Assembly: GCA_965116795.1 (NCBI GenBank)
Contig: OZ220716.1
Coordinates: forward strand, 256,001 to 320,000
DNA length: 64,000 bases
Source of the DNA: Gammaproteobacteria bacterium
GTDB taxonomy: Bacteria; Pseudomonadota; Gammaproteobacteria; JAJFKG01
Reading direction: 5' to 3'
Shown here: in pieces, positions 20,222 through 31,258 of the stretch
How positions within the stretch are numbered: position 1 is the stretch's first letter
Layout: every line of letters starts with the position of its first letter
Notes under the pieces: generated by a model
The model's input: only the letters and a program-made list of their open reading frames with translations
Databases searched by the model: none
Told to the model about the DNA's origin: nothing
Position numbers and translations under genes: made by a program

Positions 20222-21087
20222 TATTGGTTTCCTGTAACTTCTTCGTTGGGTAACTTAATTACACTACCATTAAATATATAGTGAGCATCACCACACATTA
20301 ATATAGATTGGTTCATGCCATCGCATGATACCTGTAATTGCCCACCAGGCAAAGTTACTTGCACTTGTTCGGCTAATTTACCCCAACGCTGGCCTAGTAC
20401 GACAGCAGCACATGCACCACTGCCACACCCTAAGGTACGACCAACACCGCGTTCATACACCACGAGTTCAATATGCTGTGGATCGAGAATACGCATCTGA
20501 CTGATATTAACACCTTGACTAAACAGCGGGTGAGATACTTCATTCAACGCAGCACCGATACGATCTAACTCAGTTGGGTTAACCTGATCAACTAGCATTA
20601 CTGCATGCGGATTACCCATGGAAACAGCACCAAAGTTAATTTGATTATCAAAGATAGTCACGGTGTAATGCGATTGCTCCGTCGGTACATCCAAACCAAT
20701 TGCAGTTGGGATAAAATTAGCAACTCCCATATCTACACTAAATTGGCCATTGCTATCTCGTGTTACCTTTATCATGCCAGCTTGACAGGTTAATGTAAGC
20801 TGATTGCCAGTGATATCATCATGATCAAATAAATAACGTGCAATACAACGTACACCATTACCACATTGTTGAGCTTCACTTCCGTCTGGATTGAAAATCT
20901 TATAATGGCATGTAGTATCACGATGTTGTGCTGGTTCAATCACTAATAGCTGATCACAACCAACCCCCCTGTGTCGATCAGCTAACCAACGACGAGTGGA
21001 TAATGGCAGTGGGTAAGTCATTTGACGTTGATCAAGTAAGACAAAATCATTTCCTAATGTTTGCATTTTAACAAAAGAAAATGGCAT
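20221..21087 (-). CDS. dapF: Diaminopimelate epimerase
   Basis: GNDF, QCGNG.RC, MGNPH, ERGVG.T..CGSGAC. Confidence 0.96.
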   Translation of the reverse strand: MPFSFVKMQTLGNDFVLLDQRQMTYPLPLSTRRWLADRHRGVGCDQLLVIEPAQHRDTTCHYKIFNPDGSEAQQCGNGVRCIARYLFDHDDITGNQLTLTCQAGMIKVTRDSNGQFSVDMGVANFIPTAIGLDVPTEQSHYTVTIFDNQINFGAVSMGNPHAVMLVDQVNPTELDRIGAALNEVSHPLFSQGVNISQMRILDPQHIELVVYERGVGRTLGCGSGACAAVVLGQRWGKLAEQVQVTLPGGQLQVSCDGMNQSILMCGDAHYIFNGSVIKLPNEEVTGNQ

Positions 21088-21155
21088 AAGGGATTATTCT
21101 CCATGGATAATACTCTTTGCACTTTAAAACAAGCGTCGAGTATATTAATAATGCG

Positions 21156-22478
21156 CTAGGTTGTCTTAATATGACAGCCAGTTTCTTTAATAAATAACGT
21201 AATCACAGCAGATGCTAATAAACAAATCGGCAACACCAATAATGCAGAATTATAATCACTCAACGAATAAATTCGAGTACCGTGTAATATAGCACCATTA
21301 GAGACTACCCAATGCTTATCTAGTAGGCTGCCAATCAATGGCTGCAATATTGTACCACCCAGCATCACAAACATATTGGTAACCGCAACCGCTGTTCCAG
21401 CAAATCGATTAGGACCAATCTCTCGACCAAGGGCAAACACAATCACCTGCGCACCATAGCAAATGCCAAACAAGATAAGTAATGTATAAATTGCCATGTG
21501 TGACAAGTGTGGCACATATAACACTATACAAATAAACACAGTTGCACCGACTGAACCCCAAAATATTGGCATGCGCCGGCGTTTGATTTTATCGGATAAT
21601 GCACCAATCAACGGGCCCCCAAGAATAAAACCAAAGAAAACTGCATCAACAGCAAGTGCCGCTTGATTAGCTGAAAAACCTCTGACTTCAAAATAGGGTT
21701 TTGCCCATAATTCAGCAAACGCTGAGCTGGGTAAATATAATAAACAACCCACTGCACCCACAAACCACATTTGTGGTTTTTTGATAAAACCCCATAAACC
21801 TAACGACATATTGGACAGATCGGCACGCAATGAATGTGCTTTGGGATGCATGATTTTATCCATCGCCTGACCAACACGTGGATGAGTAAAATGACTTGGT
21901 CGATCACGTACAATAGCCCAAATGGCATAAGTCAAGACAACTCCCAATATTACACACAGAAATGTTGTGGTACGCCATCCCAACACTTCCACTAACACTG
22001 TCATCCCAGATTCACCAAAGATAGCGCCTACGCCGCCTAATGCAGAAGTTAATCCAGCAATCATAGCAAATCGCTCTGGTGGTAACCAAATTGATGCCAG
22101 TTTTAATACGCCAACATACGCAAATGCTGATCCAAAACCCACTAAAAACCGGCCTACTTCGGCAACGCTAAGAATATCACTGATTCCAAATAGTAATGTC
22201 CCACCAACACACACCAGACAGGCAAATATTAATAAACGCCGTGGACCATAACGATCAAATAACGCACCAACCGGCAATTGCATGGGGGTATATGCCCAAT
22301 AATAAAATGCAGACAGTAAACCCAAATGGGTAGCATCAACATGAAATGATTCTCGCAAACTATACGTCATCACCCCAGGAGCAATACGTAATAAATATTC
22401 ATACGTATAAAACAATGCACCAATAGCACAAATTGTCCAAGGCGAAGTAAGAAATTGTCTTAAACGTGATGTAGACAT
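21156..22478 (-). CDS. MFS transporter, Pht (phagosomal transporter)-like
   Basis: About 12 TMs; GALFYTYEYLLRIAP, MQLPVG.L.DRYGPRR; start uncertain (22478 or 22511). Confidence 0.85.
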   Translation of the reverse strand: MSTSRLRQFLTSPWTICAIGALFYTYEYLLRIAPGVMTYSLRESFHVDATHLGLLSAFYYWAYTPMQLPVGALFDRYGPRRLLIFACLVCVGGTLLFGISDILSVAEVGRFLVGFGSAFAYVGVLKLASIWLPPERFAMIAGLTSALGGVGAIFGESGMTVLVEVLGWRTTTFLCVILGVVLTYAIWAIVRDRPSHFTHPRVGQAMDKIMHPKAHSLRADLSNMSLGLWGFIKKPQMWFVGAVGCLLYLPSSAFAELWAKPYFEVRGFSANQAALAVDAVFFGFILGGPLIGALSDKIKRRRMPIFWGSVGATVFICIVLYVPHLSHMAIYTLLILFGICYGAQVIVFALGREIGPNRFAGTAVAVTNMFVMLGGTILQPLIGSLLDKHWVVSNGAILHGTRIYSLSDYNSALLVLPICLLASAVITLFIKETGCHIKTT

Positions 22479-22695
22479 TGGTTGTTGTATATTGATCACC
22501 GTGTAATTCACCGTATTAGAGTGTTTTCACCCTTGCTTCACTTATAGATGTTAATATGCAAGTTGCAAAGGTTAATATTCGAGTATTAACAAGCGCACTA
22601 TTCTACTACAGATCACTTTGCCGAGAAAATGAAGCACCTTTTCTGACCATGAATGAGATAACTACATTTTTATTAACACATTTTCCGATGCGTTA

Positions 22696-23136
22696 TCATA
22701 CGGAAAATGAGGAACCACAACCGCATGTGGTCGTTGCATTTGGGTTATCGATAATAAATTGTTCACCCTGAACATCGACTTTATAATCGATAGTGGCACT
22801 AACTAAGTAAGGATAACTCGCCGCATCAATGACTAATTTTACTTCGCGTAATCGTTGTGGTTGGTTCGCACCACCCTTACCCTGTTGGCCACCGTCACCA
22901 CCATCATCGTCATCGCTTTCCTCGTCAGCAACAGCTTGTGTAATAACGGTGTCATCCGGGTTAGTCACCGCTTCAAATGCAAAACCATATTGAAAACCAG
23001 AACAACCACCACCAGTAATAAACACGCGCAACATCAGAGTTAAATTCCCTTCTTCTTCAATTAGTTGACGAATCTTGCGGACTGCACTGGGTGTCAGCTT
23101 AACCGATGGGGGAATAACCGTTGTTGGGGTAGCCAT
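22696..23136 (-). CDS. erpA: A-type Fe-S carrier ErpA
   Basis: [17 protein letters not shown]; [14 protein letters not shown]. Confidence 0.93.
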   Translation of the reverse strand: MATPTTVIPPSVKLTPSAVRKIRQLIEEEGNLTLMLRVFITGGGCSGFQYGFAFEAVTNPDDTVITQAVADEESDDDDGGDGGQQGKGGANQPQRLREVKLVIDAASYPYLVSATIDYKVDVQGEQFIIDNPNATTTCGCGSSFSV

Positions 23137-23253
23137 AATGAGCTCATTAAATTTATATGAATTGGGTGAGAGTATACCACAATCGTTAAAATTCGATATC
23201 CTTTAGCTATAGAACGACTCTGAACTATTAATCAAATACTATCTAGGGTACTC

Positions 23254-23324
23254 TATATTCAAAGCGTTTTAAATTTATGCTTTGTTGCCTGCGCCTCGCC
23301 TAAATTTAAAACGCTTTGAGTATA
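23254..23324 (-). repeat. Internally deleted ERIC-like repeat (71 bp)
   Basis: Both termini of the 24820 element joined with the core missing. Confidence 0.85.
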
Positions 23325-23394
23325 TTAGCTATCGTTATTTTAGAATAATATGCTTACAAACCAGATTAAACAACGATTAATTGGCAATAGCAAT

Positions 23395-24039
23395 ATGCAA
23401 CAATTTCTTGATTACATTTTACATATCGATGTTCATTTGCAAAGTTTATTGCAAATCACTGGTGTTTGGACATACTTTATTTTATTTCTAATCATCTTTT
23501 GCGAAACCGGCTTAGTGGTCTTGCCATTACTGCCCGGTGATTCATTATTATTTGCTGCTGGCTCATTAGCTGCTGTTTCTACTTTAAATATTCACTACCT
23601 TGCAATCAGTTTATGTATCGCAGCTATTTTGGGTGACACTGTTAACTATGCTATTGGTAACTGGATAGGACATCGAATCTTTCATCAACCCAAATCTCGG
23701 TTATTTAACCCCGCTCATTTACATAAAACACATAATTTTTACCAACGTTACGGTGGCAAAACCATTATCATTGCGCGCTTTATCCCAATTATTCGTACCT
23801 TTGCACCGTTTGTAGCAGGGATTGGAAAAATGCATTATCGACAATTTGCATTGTATAACATCATCGGTGCCATTTTGTGGGTTTATTCATTCTTATACAT
23901 CAGTTTTTATTTTGGCAACATTCCCATTGTAAAACAACATTTCTCACTTGTTATCATGGCCATCATTATTATTTCTATCATGTTGCCCATTGTGGAATAC
24001 TTACGCAGTGGAAAATTACAGCAATCGAGCACTAAGTAG
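23395..24039 (+). CDS. dedA: DedA family membrane protein
   Basis: IIFCETGLVV.PLLPGDSLLFAAG; GGKTIIIARF.PIIRTFAPFVAG. Confidence 0.93.
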   Translation: MQQFLDYILHIDVHLQSLLQITGVWTYFILFLIIFCETGLVVLPLLPGDSLLFAAGSLAAVSTLNIHYLAISLCIAAILGDTVNYAIGNWIGHRIFHQPKSRLFNPAHLHKTHNFYQRYGGKTIIIARFIPIIRTFAPFVAGIGKMHYRQFALYNIIGAILWVYSFLYISFYFGNIPIVKQHFSLVIMAIIIISIMLPIVEYLRSGKLQQSSTK

Positions 24040-24060
24040 TAATAGGAAAAACTAGTTAAC

Positions 24061-24483
24061 ATGCAATGGCTAATCGCAATTCATCTAATTTCTATGGTGA
24101 CCTGGTTCAGTGGTTTATTTTATTTGCCTCGATTATATGTGTACCATACGATGAGTCATGATCAAATTAGTAATGAACGGTTTAAAATCATGGAAAGAAA
24201 ACTGTTTTTTGGGATTGCAACACCTGGTGGCATTGGTACGATTATATTTGGGATGTTAGCACTGCATTTAGATATTGATAAATATTTACATGCTAACTGG
24301 ATGCATGCCAAATTAGCATTAGTATTTTTATTAGTGTTATATCATATTTATTGCGGTAAATTATTATTTGACTTTAAACACGATCGCAATCAACACAGCC
24401 ATGTATTTTACCGTTGGTTAAATGAATTTCCTGTCATCGTATTAGTAGGTGCTATCATATTGGCAATCCTCAAACCGTTTTAA
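24061..24483 (+). CDS. hemJ: Protoporphyrinogen oxidase HemJ
   Basis: HLI....WF.GLFYLPRL.VYH; MERKL; NEFP. Confidence 0.92.
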   Translation: MQWLIAIHLISMVTWFSGLFYLPRLYVYHTMSHDQISNERFKIMERKLFFGIATPGGIGTIIFGMLALHLDIDKYLHANWMHAKLALVFLLVLYHIYCGKLLFDFKHDRNQHSHVFYRWLNEFPVIVLVGAIILAILKPF

Positions 24484-24484
24484 C

Positions 24485-24670
24485 TTAATCAAGCTCCACC
24501 ATATCAAAATCTTGCTTAGTTGCCCCACAATCTGGGCAACACCAATCATCTGGAATATCATCCCAGCGGGTGCCTGGTACAATGCCTTCTTCAGGGCAAC
24601 CTTGTTCTTCATCATAAATAAAACCACATACAACACAAATATAGCGTCGATAATCAGTTGCTGATGACAT
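24485..24670 (-). CDS. Rubredoxin
   Basis: CVVCGFIYD...PDDW.CPDCG. Confidence 0.95.
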   Translation of the reverse strand: MSSATDYRRYICVVCGFIYDEEQGCPEEGIVPGTRWDDIPDDWCCPDCGATKQDFDMVELD

Positions 24671-24819
24671 AACACCTCCGATAGTTATTAGATAGTGTAT
24701 GAGTATAACAACCGATTATTTTTGTTGTAAACGAAATATTATTTACAATGTTTGTTTTTTTTGTTACAACATTGACCCAGTATCGATAATACAGTAACAG
24801 AATTTGATTTTGTCTGATA

Positions 24820-24971
24820 TATACTCAAAGCGTTTTGAATTTAGGCGAGGCGGCAAGCCTTTTTATCAAAGGAGTGTATAGTGACATACATGACTTTGAT
24901 AAAAAAGCTTGTCCTGGACTTGATCCAGGAACGCAGCCAACAAAGCATAAATTTAAAACGCGAAGAGTATA
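24820..24971 (+). repeat. ERIC-like palindromic repeat with one 23-bp inserted hairpin
   Basis: TATAC...GTATA ends; aggcggcaag and gcagccaac arms as in ERIC; ggagtgtat/atacatga core. Confidence 0.9.
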
Positions 24972-24976
24972 AATAC

Positions 24977-26272
24977 GTGTCACACTCCGATGAACTATAT
25001 CTACAAGCACAACAACTGATGCCTGGTGGGGTAAACTCACCAGTACGTGCTTTTCATGGCGTCGGTGGTAACCCAATTTTTTATAACCAGGCACAAGGTG
25101 CTTATCTTACTGATGTCGATGGTAAACGTTATATTGACTACGTTGGTGGTTGGGGACCAATGATTGTAGGCCATAGCCACCCCGCTGTTATCGATGCAGT
25201 ACAACAATGTGTGCAAGACGGTTGGTGTTTTGGTACATCACATCCGCTAGAAATTACCTTGGCGCAAAAAATTAGTGATCTAATGCCTCACATTGAAATG
25301 ATGCGCATGGTTAATTCAGGCACTGAAGCAACATTGAGTGTATTACGTTTAGCAAGAGGCTATACACATCGTAATAAAATCATTAAATTTGCTGGCTGTT
25401 ATCATGGCCATCACGATGCACTGCTGGTAAGTGCAGGTTCTGGTGGTTTAACCTTTGGTTCACCAACGTCTGCTGGGTTAACTCCTGGTGTCATTCAAGA
25501 TACATTGGTCGCCCAATATAATAATTTGTCTGAAGTCACTGAATTATTTACACAACAAGGTGATGACATTGCGGCTATTATTGTTGAACCGATTGCAGGC
25601 AACATGGGTTGTATTCCACCGGTACCGGGTTTTCTAGCCGGTTTACGCGCTTTATGTGATCAACATGGTAGTCTATTAATCTTTGATGAAGTGATGACAG
25701 GCTTTCGTGTTGCACGTGGTGGTGCACAAGGATTATATGGTATTAAACCTGATTTAACAACATTTGGTAAAGTTATTGGTGGCGGTTTCCCCGTCGGTGC
25801 ATTTGGTGGACGTCGTGATATCATGCAACACTTAGCACCAGTTGGCAATGTTTATCAAGCAGGCACATTATCCGGTAATCCAGTTACCGTCGCCGCTGGA
25901 TTAGCAACGCTTGAACTCATTAGTGCAGCTAACTTTTATGAAAATCTAATTGAAATGACACAATTGCTAACCAATGCTATTTATAGCTGTGCTAATGCAG
26001 CTGGGATCCCCATTATTATTAATCAAGTTGGTGCAATGTTTAGTGTGTTTTTCACTGAACAAACCCAAGTAAACAATTTAACTGATGTTAATGCCTGCGA
26101 TACGAACTATTTTAAACACTATTTTCATCGCATGCTTTCCCAAGGTATTTACTTGGCACCATCTGCGTATGAATCCAACTTTGTATCATCAGCACATGCA
26201 CGTGAAGAAATTGAATTAACCATTACGGCAATATCCAATACCTTTGCCACCGTCACACCCCAAACTGAGTAA
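24977..26272 (+). CDS. hemL: Glutamate-1-semialdehyde 2,1-aminomutase
   Basis: MPGGVNSPVRAF, VNSGTEAT, FDEVMTGFR, FGKVIGGG, GTLSGNP; canonical start GTG 24977. Confidence 0.97.
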   Translation: MSHSDELYLQAQQLMPGGVNSPVRAFHGVGGNPIFYNQAQGAYLTDVDGKRYIDYVGGWGPMIVGHSHPAVIDAVQQCVQDGWCFGTSHPLEITLAQKISDLMPHIEMMRMVNSGTEATLSVLRLARGYTHRNKIIKFAGCYHGHHDALLVSAGSGGLTFGSPTSAGLTPGVIQDTLVAQYNNLSEVTELFTQQGDDIAAIIVEPIAGNMGCIPPVPGFLAGLRALCDQHGSLLIFDEVMTGFRVARGGAQGLYGIKPDLTTFGKVIGGGFPVGAFGGRRDIMQHLAPVGNVYQAGTLSGNPVTVAAGLATLELISAANFYENLIEMTQLLTNAIYSCANAAGIPIIINQVGAMFSVFFTEQTQVNNLTDVNACDTNYFKHYFHRMLSQGIYLAPSAYESNFVSSAHAREEIELTITAISNTFATVTPQTE

Positions 26273-26280
26273 CACAATCA

Positions 26281-27321
26281 ATGTCACAATCTACATCACC
26301 GTCAAGAACACCTCGTCAATTCCATGTTTATGGATTAGGCAATGCATTAGTCGACACAGCCATTGAAGTCCCTGACGCTATGCTACAACAATTAAATATC
26401 GATAAAGGTGTTATGACATTAATCGATGAACAGACTGCGCTTGATATTGCATTAGCATTACATGATTTCCCGCATACACGTGCATGTGGCGGTTCAGCAG
26501 CTAATACAATGATTGCGCTAGCACAGTTTGGCGGTTGCAGTTTTTATTCTTGTCGTGTTGCTGATGATAAAGATGGTCTATTTTATTTACAAGATTTACA
26601 ACGTGCCGGTGTAGCAACCCAATTAACTAAAACTAATTTAGTAAAAGGAACTGCAACAGGACGTTGTTTTGTCTTAATCACCGCAGATGCACAACGCACG
26701 ATGGTTACTCACTTAGGCGCAACAGCTGAATTTTCACGTATCGAATTAGATCCACAGGCCATTTGCAATGCGGAATATATTTATATTGAAGGGTATTTAG
26801 CAGCGCAAGAAAACGCCAGTACCGCAGCAATAGAAGCATACCAATTGGCTAAACAACACCATATCAAGATCGCATTGACTTTATCTGATCCAAACATGGT
26901 AACCCATTGCAAAACACAATTGTTAGCGATGATCGGTGATGGCGTTGATTTACTATTTTGTAATGAACAAGAAGCATTATTATTTACTGACACAACAACA
27001 TTAACTGATGCGTGTGATGCCTTAAAACGTTACACCAAACAGTTTGCAATCACACTTGGCGCCAAAGGCTCTCTTGTATACGATGGTAATATATATGAGC
27101 ATGTGCCTGGCTATAGGGTTAATGCAATTGATACTGTTGGTGCAGGGGATATGTTTGCAGGCGCATTTTTATATGGGATTACCCATAATAAATCATTAAC
27201 AGTTGCTGCTGATTTAGCAAATTATGCAGCCAGCCATATCGTTACTAAGATCGGGCCTCGTTTAACAACCGATGAAGCAAATGCTATATTGGATATAATA
27301 CATCGATCTAACGTTAGTTAA
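26281..27321 (+). CDS. PfkB family adenosine/inosine-like kinase
   Basis: GNALVD, GGSAANT, DTVGAGDMFAG. Confidence 0.88.
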   Translation: MSQSTSPSRTPRQFHVYGLGNALVDTAIEVPDAMLQQLNIDKGVMTLIDEQTALDIALALHDFPHTRACGGSAANTMIALAQFGGCSFYSCRVADDKDGLFYLQDLQRAGVATQLTKTNLVKGTATGRCFVLITADAQRTMVTHLGATAEFSRIELDPQAICNAEYIYIEGYLAAQENASTAAIEAYQLAKQHHIKIALTLSDPNMVTHCKTQLLAMIGDGVDLLFCNEQEALLFTDTTTLTDACDALKRYTKQFAITLGAKGSLVYDGNIYEHVPGYRVNAIDTVGAGDMFAGAFLYGITHNKSLTVAADLANYAASHIVTKIGPRLTTDEANAILDIIHRSNVS

Positions 27322-27358
27322 TCATAACTACTCATGCACTATTGAGGAAAACGTAAGA

Positions 27359-27769
27359 TCACTCACCTGCTTGCTCAGTTTGATACTTAGGTACATGCAA
27401 ACGTAACAAACCATCAACTACTTCATCAGTTAATGGTTTAACAACATAGTCAGTCATGCCAGCACGGAATGAGTCTTGTTTTATTCTTTCATCTAAGTGT
27501 GCTGTCAATGCAATAATGGGAATACGACTGGCAATACCCGAAAACGTTTGCCGAATAGTTTCTGTCACTGTTAAACCATCAATATCTGGCAAACCCAAAT
27601 CCATAAAAATGACATCGTAATCCTGATGTTGTTGTACCGCATCAATTGCAGCGGCACCATTATCAACAACATCTACGCGACACCCACATGCTTGTAATGC
27701 ATACAGCGCAATCTTCTGTGCAATTGGTAAATCTTCTACAAGCAGTATTCTTGGTGTATTATCTGTCAT
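27359..27769 (-). CDS. Single-domain response regulator (REC)
   Basis: LLVED, FMDLGLPDIDG, IIALTAH, KP. Confidence 0.92.
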   Translation of the reverse strand: MTDNTPRILLVEDLPIAQKIALYALQACGCRVDVVDNGAAAIDAVQQHQDYDVIFMDLGLPDIDGLTVTETIRQTFSGIASRIPIIALTAHLDERIKQDSFRAGMTDYVVKPLTDEVVDGLLRLHVPKYQTEQAGE

Positions 27770-27789
27770 TGGGTGCTCCTTCTCCCTGT

Positions 27790-27980
27790 CTTACCCTTCG
27801 ACTTGCAAGCTGATACTTCGTTGCAAACTTGCCTTCGCTGCTCATGTATGTCTAATACACTCCGCTGCTCGGCTACGTCTGCGCCTCGTCTCAACTTACA
27901 ATCCTTTAGGCCTTACACTTCGACTTGCAAGCTGATACTTCGTTATAGTCTTTTTACAAGTTACAATCAGTCTTAGGGTA
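27790..27980 (-). repeat. ERIC-like repeat (about 27791-27914) followed by a short tandem copy (about 27913-27980)
   Basis: Core gctcatgtat..atacactccgc; 33-bp direct repeat 27790-27822 / 27912-27944; close to 41139-41261. Confidence 0.8.
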
Positions 27981-28006
27981 CACTTTCCATCGTTATACTT
28001 TAAAAC

Positions 28007-29122
28007 TTAACCAGTTTGCCGTTCACGAATTTCATACACGGTCTTACAATCAATACATAATGTTGCTGTCGGCCGTGCTTCTAAACGACGAATACCAATT
28101 TCAATACCACATGCATCACAAAAACCATAATCATCTCGCTTTAGTCGTTCCAACGCTTCATCAATCTTTTTAATTAATTTACGTTCACGATCACGCGTAC
28201 GCAACTCTAAGGTAAATTCTTCTTCTTGAGTTGCACGATCATTTGGATCAGGGAAATTAGCAGCTTCATCTTTCATATGAGATACAGTACGATCAACTGC
28301 TTCCATTAATTGATGTTTCCAATGCTCTAAAATACGACAAAAATGCTCGCGTTGCTTTTCATTCATATACTCTTCATTAGGTGCTGCTTTATAAGGTGGG
28401 ATCCCCATAATACTACTCGATACCGTAGCACCTTTTTCTAATACGCTTCCTAATATAACATTGTCCATAGTTTCTCTTTCCATCCCAGTTGTTATTCTTT
28501 CCGTCTTGACAGACGATCTAGTAATAGTTGTCATGGCTTGCCTTACCTTCTTGGGATGATGTGCCTTTGCTGATTTTTTTACTGTTGAAGACGTTGCGAT
28601 AGTTTTCTTAGAGGCTGCTACTTTTTGCTTAGTATTATTACGACTAGTGTTGGCTGTAGTAATCGATTGATGACTTCGCTTAGTTGAAGACTTTGTGGTT
28701 TTCTTTGCAGTTTTCTTAACTACTTTCTTAGTAGTTTTTGCGTTAGTCACTTTACGGGCTGTTGATTGTTTTGCGACTTTCTTAGCCACTTTCTTAGCCA
28801 CTTTCTTAACAGCTTTCTTTTTTGCTACTGGTTTCTTCTTGGTTGTTGTTCTTCTCACTGTTTTCTTAGCAACCTTCTTCGTTGCTTTCTTTACAGTAGA
28901 TTTACGTGCAGTACGCTTAGCCGTTGCCTTTTTTGCTGCTGTTTTTTTTGCTGTTGTTTTTTTCGTGCGCTGTTGACCGGTTGTGCGTTTTTTAGCAGTT
29001 TTCTTAACTGCTTTACGTTTTTGAGAAGAAACACGTGATCGGGTAGCTGCCTTTTTGCGTGTCGCTGTTTGCTTAGCGACTGTTTTACGCTTTGTACCTG
29101 CCTTTTTTTTTGCCTTGGCCAT
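28007..29122 (-). CDS. dksA: DksA with long Lys/Ala/Thr-rich histone H1-like N-terminal region
   Basis: [27 protein letters not shown]...[15 protein letters not shown]; N-terminal KKxAKK repeats. Confidence 0.93.
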   Translation of the reverse strand: MAKAKKKAGTKRKTVAKQTATRKKAATRSRVSSQKRKAVKKTAKKRTTGQQRTKKTTAKKTAAKKATAKRTARKSTVKKATKKVAKKTVRRTTTKKKPVAKKKAVKKVAKKVAKKVAKQSTARKVTNAKTTKKVVKKTAKKTTKSSTKRSHQSITTANTSRNNTKQKVAASKKTIATSSTVKKSAKAHHPKKVRQAMTTITRSSVKTERITTGMERETMDNVILGSVLEKGATVSSSIMGIPPYKAAPNEEYMNEKQREHFCRILEHWKHQLMEAVDRTVSHMKDEAANFPDPNDRATQEEEFTLELRTRDRERKLIKKIDEALERLKRDDYGFCDACGIEIGIRRLEARPTATLCIDCKTVYEIRERQTG

Positions 29123-29298
29123 GTAGTCTTCCCTCTTACCTGAATTAATACAATGTCACTGGCTAGTCTCATTGTTGCACCCAACAACTTACCCAGTGCC
29201 ATCGAGATAGTCGCCAGATGCTAACCCTCTTTTTGTAGAAAAGCAAGCCGTTGCTAGATCCATCAAAGATGATGTTTTCCTTTAATAAGCCTAAGTAG

Positions 29299-30165
29299 TC
29301 ACCGCTTCGCTAAGGTAACTCGCGCCCGTTGTCCCAGATCGTTAATCGATTCGATTTGGCTAAATCCACATTGAGTCAGCAACGCTCTCACAGCAATTGC
29401 TTGCAAGTAACCATGTTCTAAAAATAGCCAACCTTGGGGTCGCAAATACGTTAACGCTTGGGTAATAATCTGCTTAATGGCAGCCAGTCCATTATCAGCG
29501 GCGACTAATGCTTGGCGTGGTTCGTGTTGCAATGCAATTAAATGCGGATCATCTACACTAATATACGGAGGATTACTAACAATAACATCAAATTGTTGAC
29601 CGGCAAATGGCGTTAACCAATCACCTACTATAAAACAAACATTGCGAATGTGGTAATGTTGTGCATTGTATTTTGCAACTTGCAGTGCAGCAACGGATAT
29701 ATCAGTTGCAGTTACCTGCCAATGTACACGCGCATGTGCTAAATTCAACGCCACACTACCACTACCCGTGCCTAGATCAACAATACGCAACGCTAAATCT
29801 GCTGGTAATCGATCAAGACACGCTGCAATTAATGTATCTGTATCGGCACGTGGGATTAATGTATCTGGTGTCACCGATAACGTTAGTTGATAAGACGCCC
29901 ACTCACCGAGCAAATAAGCCGCTGGTGTCCCTTGCTTACGCGCCAAGATCAATTGTGAAAACTGAGTTGCTAATGCTGCTGTTAAACACCTATCAGGCCA
30001 GGCCAGCAGATAACTATGTGGCTTATTTAACACGTGCATTAACAACAATTCACTGTCACGTTGTGCATCTTGTCCAAGTTGCAACTGCTGTACTGCCCAT
30101 TGCAAGCTATATTTAATACTTGGTGTTGTAGATAACGTTAGCAACCCAAGATCACTGTTAGCCAT
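29299..30165 (-). CDS. prmC: Release factor glutamine methyltransferase
   Basis: [23 protein letters not shown]; start uncertain. Confidence 0.95.
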   Translation of the reverse strand: MANSDLGLLTLSTTPSIKYSLQWAVQQLQLGQDAQRDSELLLMHVLNKPHSYLLAWPDRCLTAALATQFSQLILARKQGTPAAYLLGEWASYQLTLSVTPDTLIPRADTDTLIAACLDRLPADLALRIVDLGTGSGSVALNLAHARVHWQVTATDISVAALQVAKYNAQHYHIRNVCFIVGDWLTPFAGQQFDVIVSNPPYISVDDPHLIALQHEPRQALVAADNGLAAIKQIITQALTYLRPQGWLFLEHGYLQAIAVRALLTQCGFSQIESINDLGQRARVTLAKR

Positions 30166-31258
30166 TATCATCACTGTGTAATTGCGCCAATTGATCAGCT
30201 TGATATTCACGTTGTAACGGCTGGATAATCTGTGCTAAATCACCATTGATGATATCGGTTAATTTATATAAGGTTAAATTGATGCGGTGATCAGTAACTC
30301 TGCCCTGCGGGTAATTATAGGTACGGATCCGTTCGGAGCGATCACCTGAACCCACTAAATCACGCCGGGTTTGTGCCTGCGAAGCACGTTGTGCTTCGCG
30401 TTCTGCGGTTAATAATCGCGCTTGTAATAATGCCATCGCTTTAGCACGGTTTTTATGTTGCGAGCGTTCATCTTGACATTCTACAACGATCCCCGTTGGC
30501 AAATGGGTTACACGAATAGCAGAATCCGTTTTATTAACATGCTGACCACCAGCACCAGAAGCACGATAGGTATCTATTTTCAAATCGCTGGGATTAATAT
30601 CGATATTATCAATAGCATCTACTTCTGGCATCACAGCAACAGTACATGCAGAGGTATGGATCCGCCCTTGCGATTCTGTTTCCGGCACACGTTGTACTCG
30701 ATGTGCCCCTGATTCAAATTTCAATTGTGCATAAACCGATTTGCCACTGACTTTAGTAATCACTTCTTTATAGCCACCATGTTCACCATCACTGGTGCTA
30801 ACAATCTCTACTTGCCAACCTTGAGTTTCTGCATAACGACTATACATACGCAGTAAATCACCGGCAAAAATTGCTGCTTCATCACCACCGGTACCAGCAC
30901 GCACTTCTAAAAACACATTGCGTTCATCATCTGGATCATTTGGGATCAATAGCAACTGTAACGTTTCTAATAAGGTATTCTGTTGTTGTTTAGCAGCGTC
31001 AATTTCTTCTTCAGCCATTGCACGCATAGTTTGATCTTGTTCTGCTTGCAATAGTTCTGTTGCACTGTGTTCAGCAGCTACTGCTGATTGATATTGATGA
31101 AATGCGTTAACTAATGGTTCAAGCTCAGCATATTCTTTAGATAATTGGCGAAAACGATGTTGATCAGAAATCACATCAGGCACGCTTAACAAATGGCTAA
31201 TTTCTTGATGACGCTCGACCAGCACCGTTAATTTTTCGTGTAGCGATGACTTCATCAT
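30158..31258 (-). CDS. prfA: Peptide chain release factor 1
   Basis: GGQ; RVPETES; [10 protein letters not shown]; ATGA overlap with hemA stop. Confidence 0.97.
   Translation of the reverse strand: MMKSSLHEKLTVLVERHQEISHLLSVPDVISDQHRFRQLSKEYAELEPLVNAFHQYQSAVAAEHSATELLQAEQDQTMRAMAEEEIDAAKQQQNTLLETLQLLLIPNDPDDERNVFLEVRAGTGGDEAAIFAGDLLRMYSRYAETQGWQVEIVSTSDGEHGGYKEVITKVSGKSVYAQLKFESGAHRVQRVPETESQGRIHTSACTVAVMPEVDAIDNIDINPSDLKIDTYRASGAGGQHVNKTDSAIRVTHLPTGIVVECQDERSQHKNRAKAMALLQARLLTAEREAQRASQAQTRRDLVGSGDRSERIRTYNYPQGRVTDHRINLTLYKLTDIINGDLAQIIQPLQREYQADQLAQLHSDDNG

Noticed and set aside
27790-27944. 33-bp direct repeat as a possible CRISPR remnant
   Set aside because: Only two units, the intervening sequence is the ERIC-like body, and there are no cas genes
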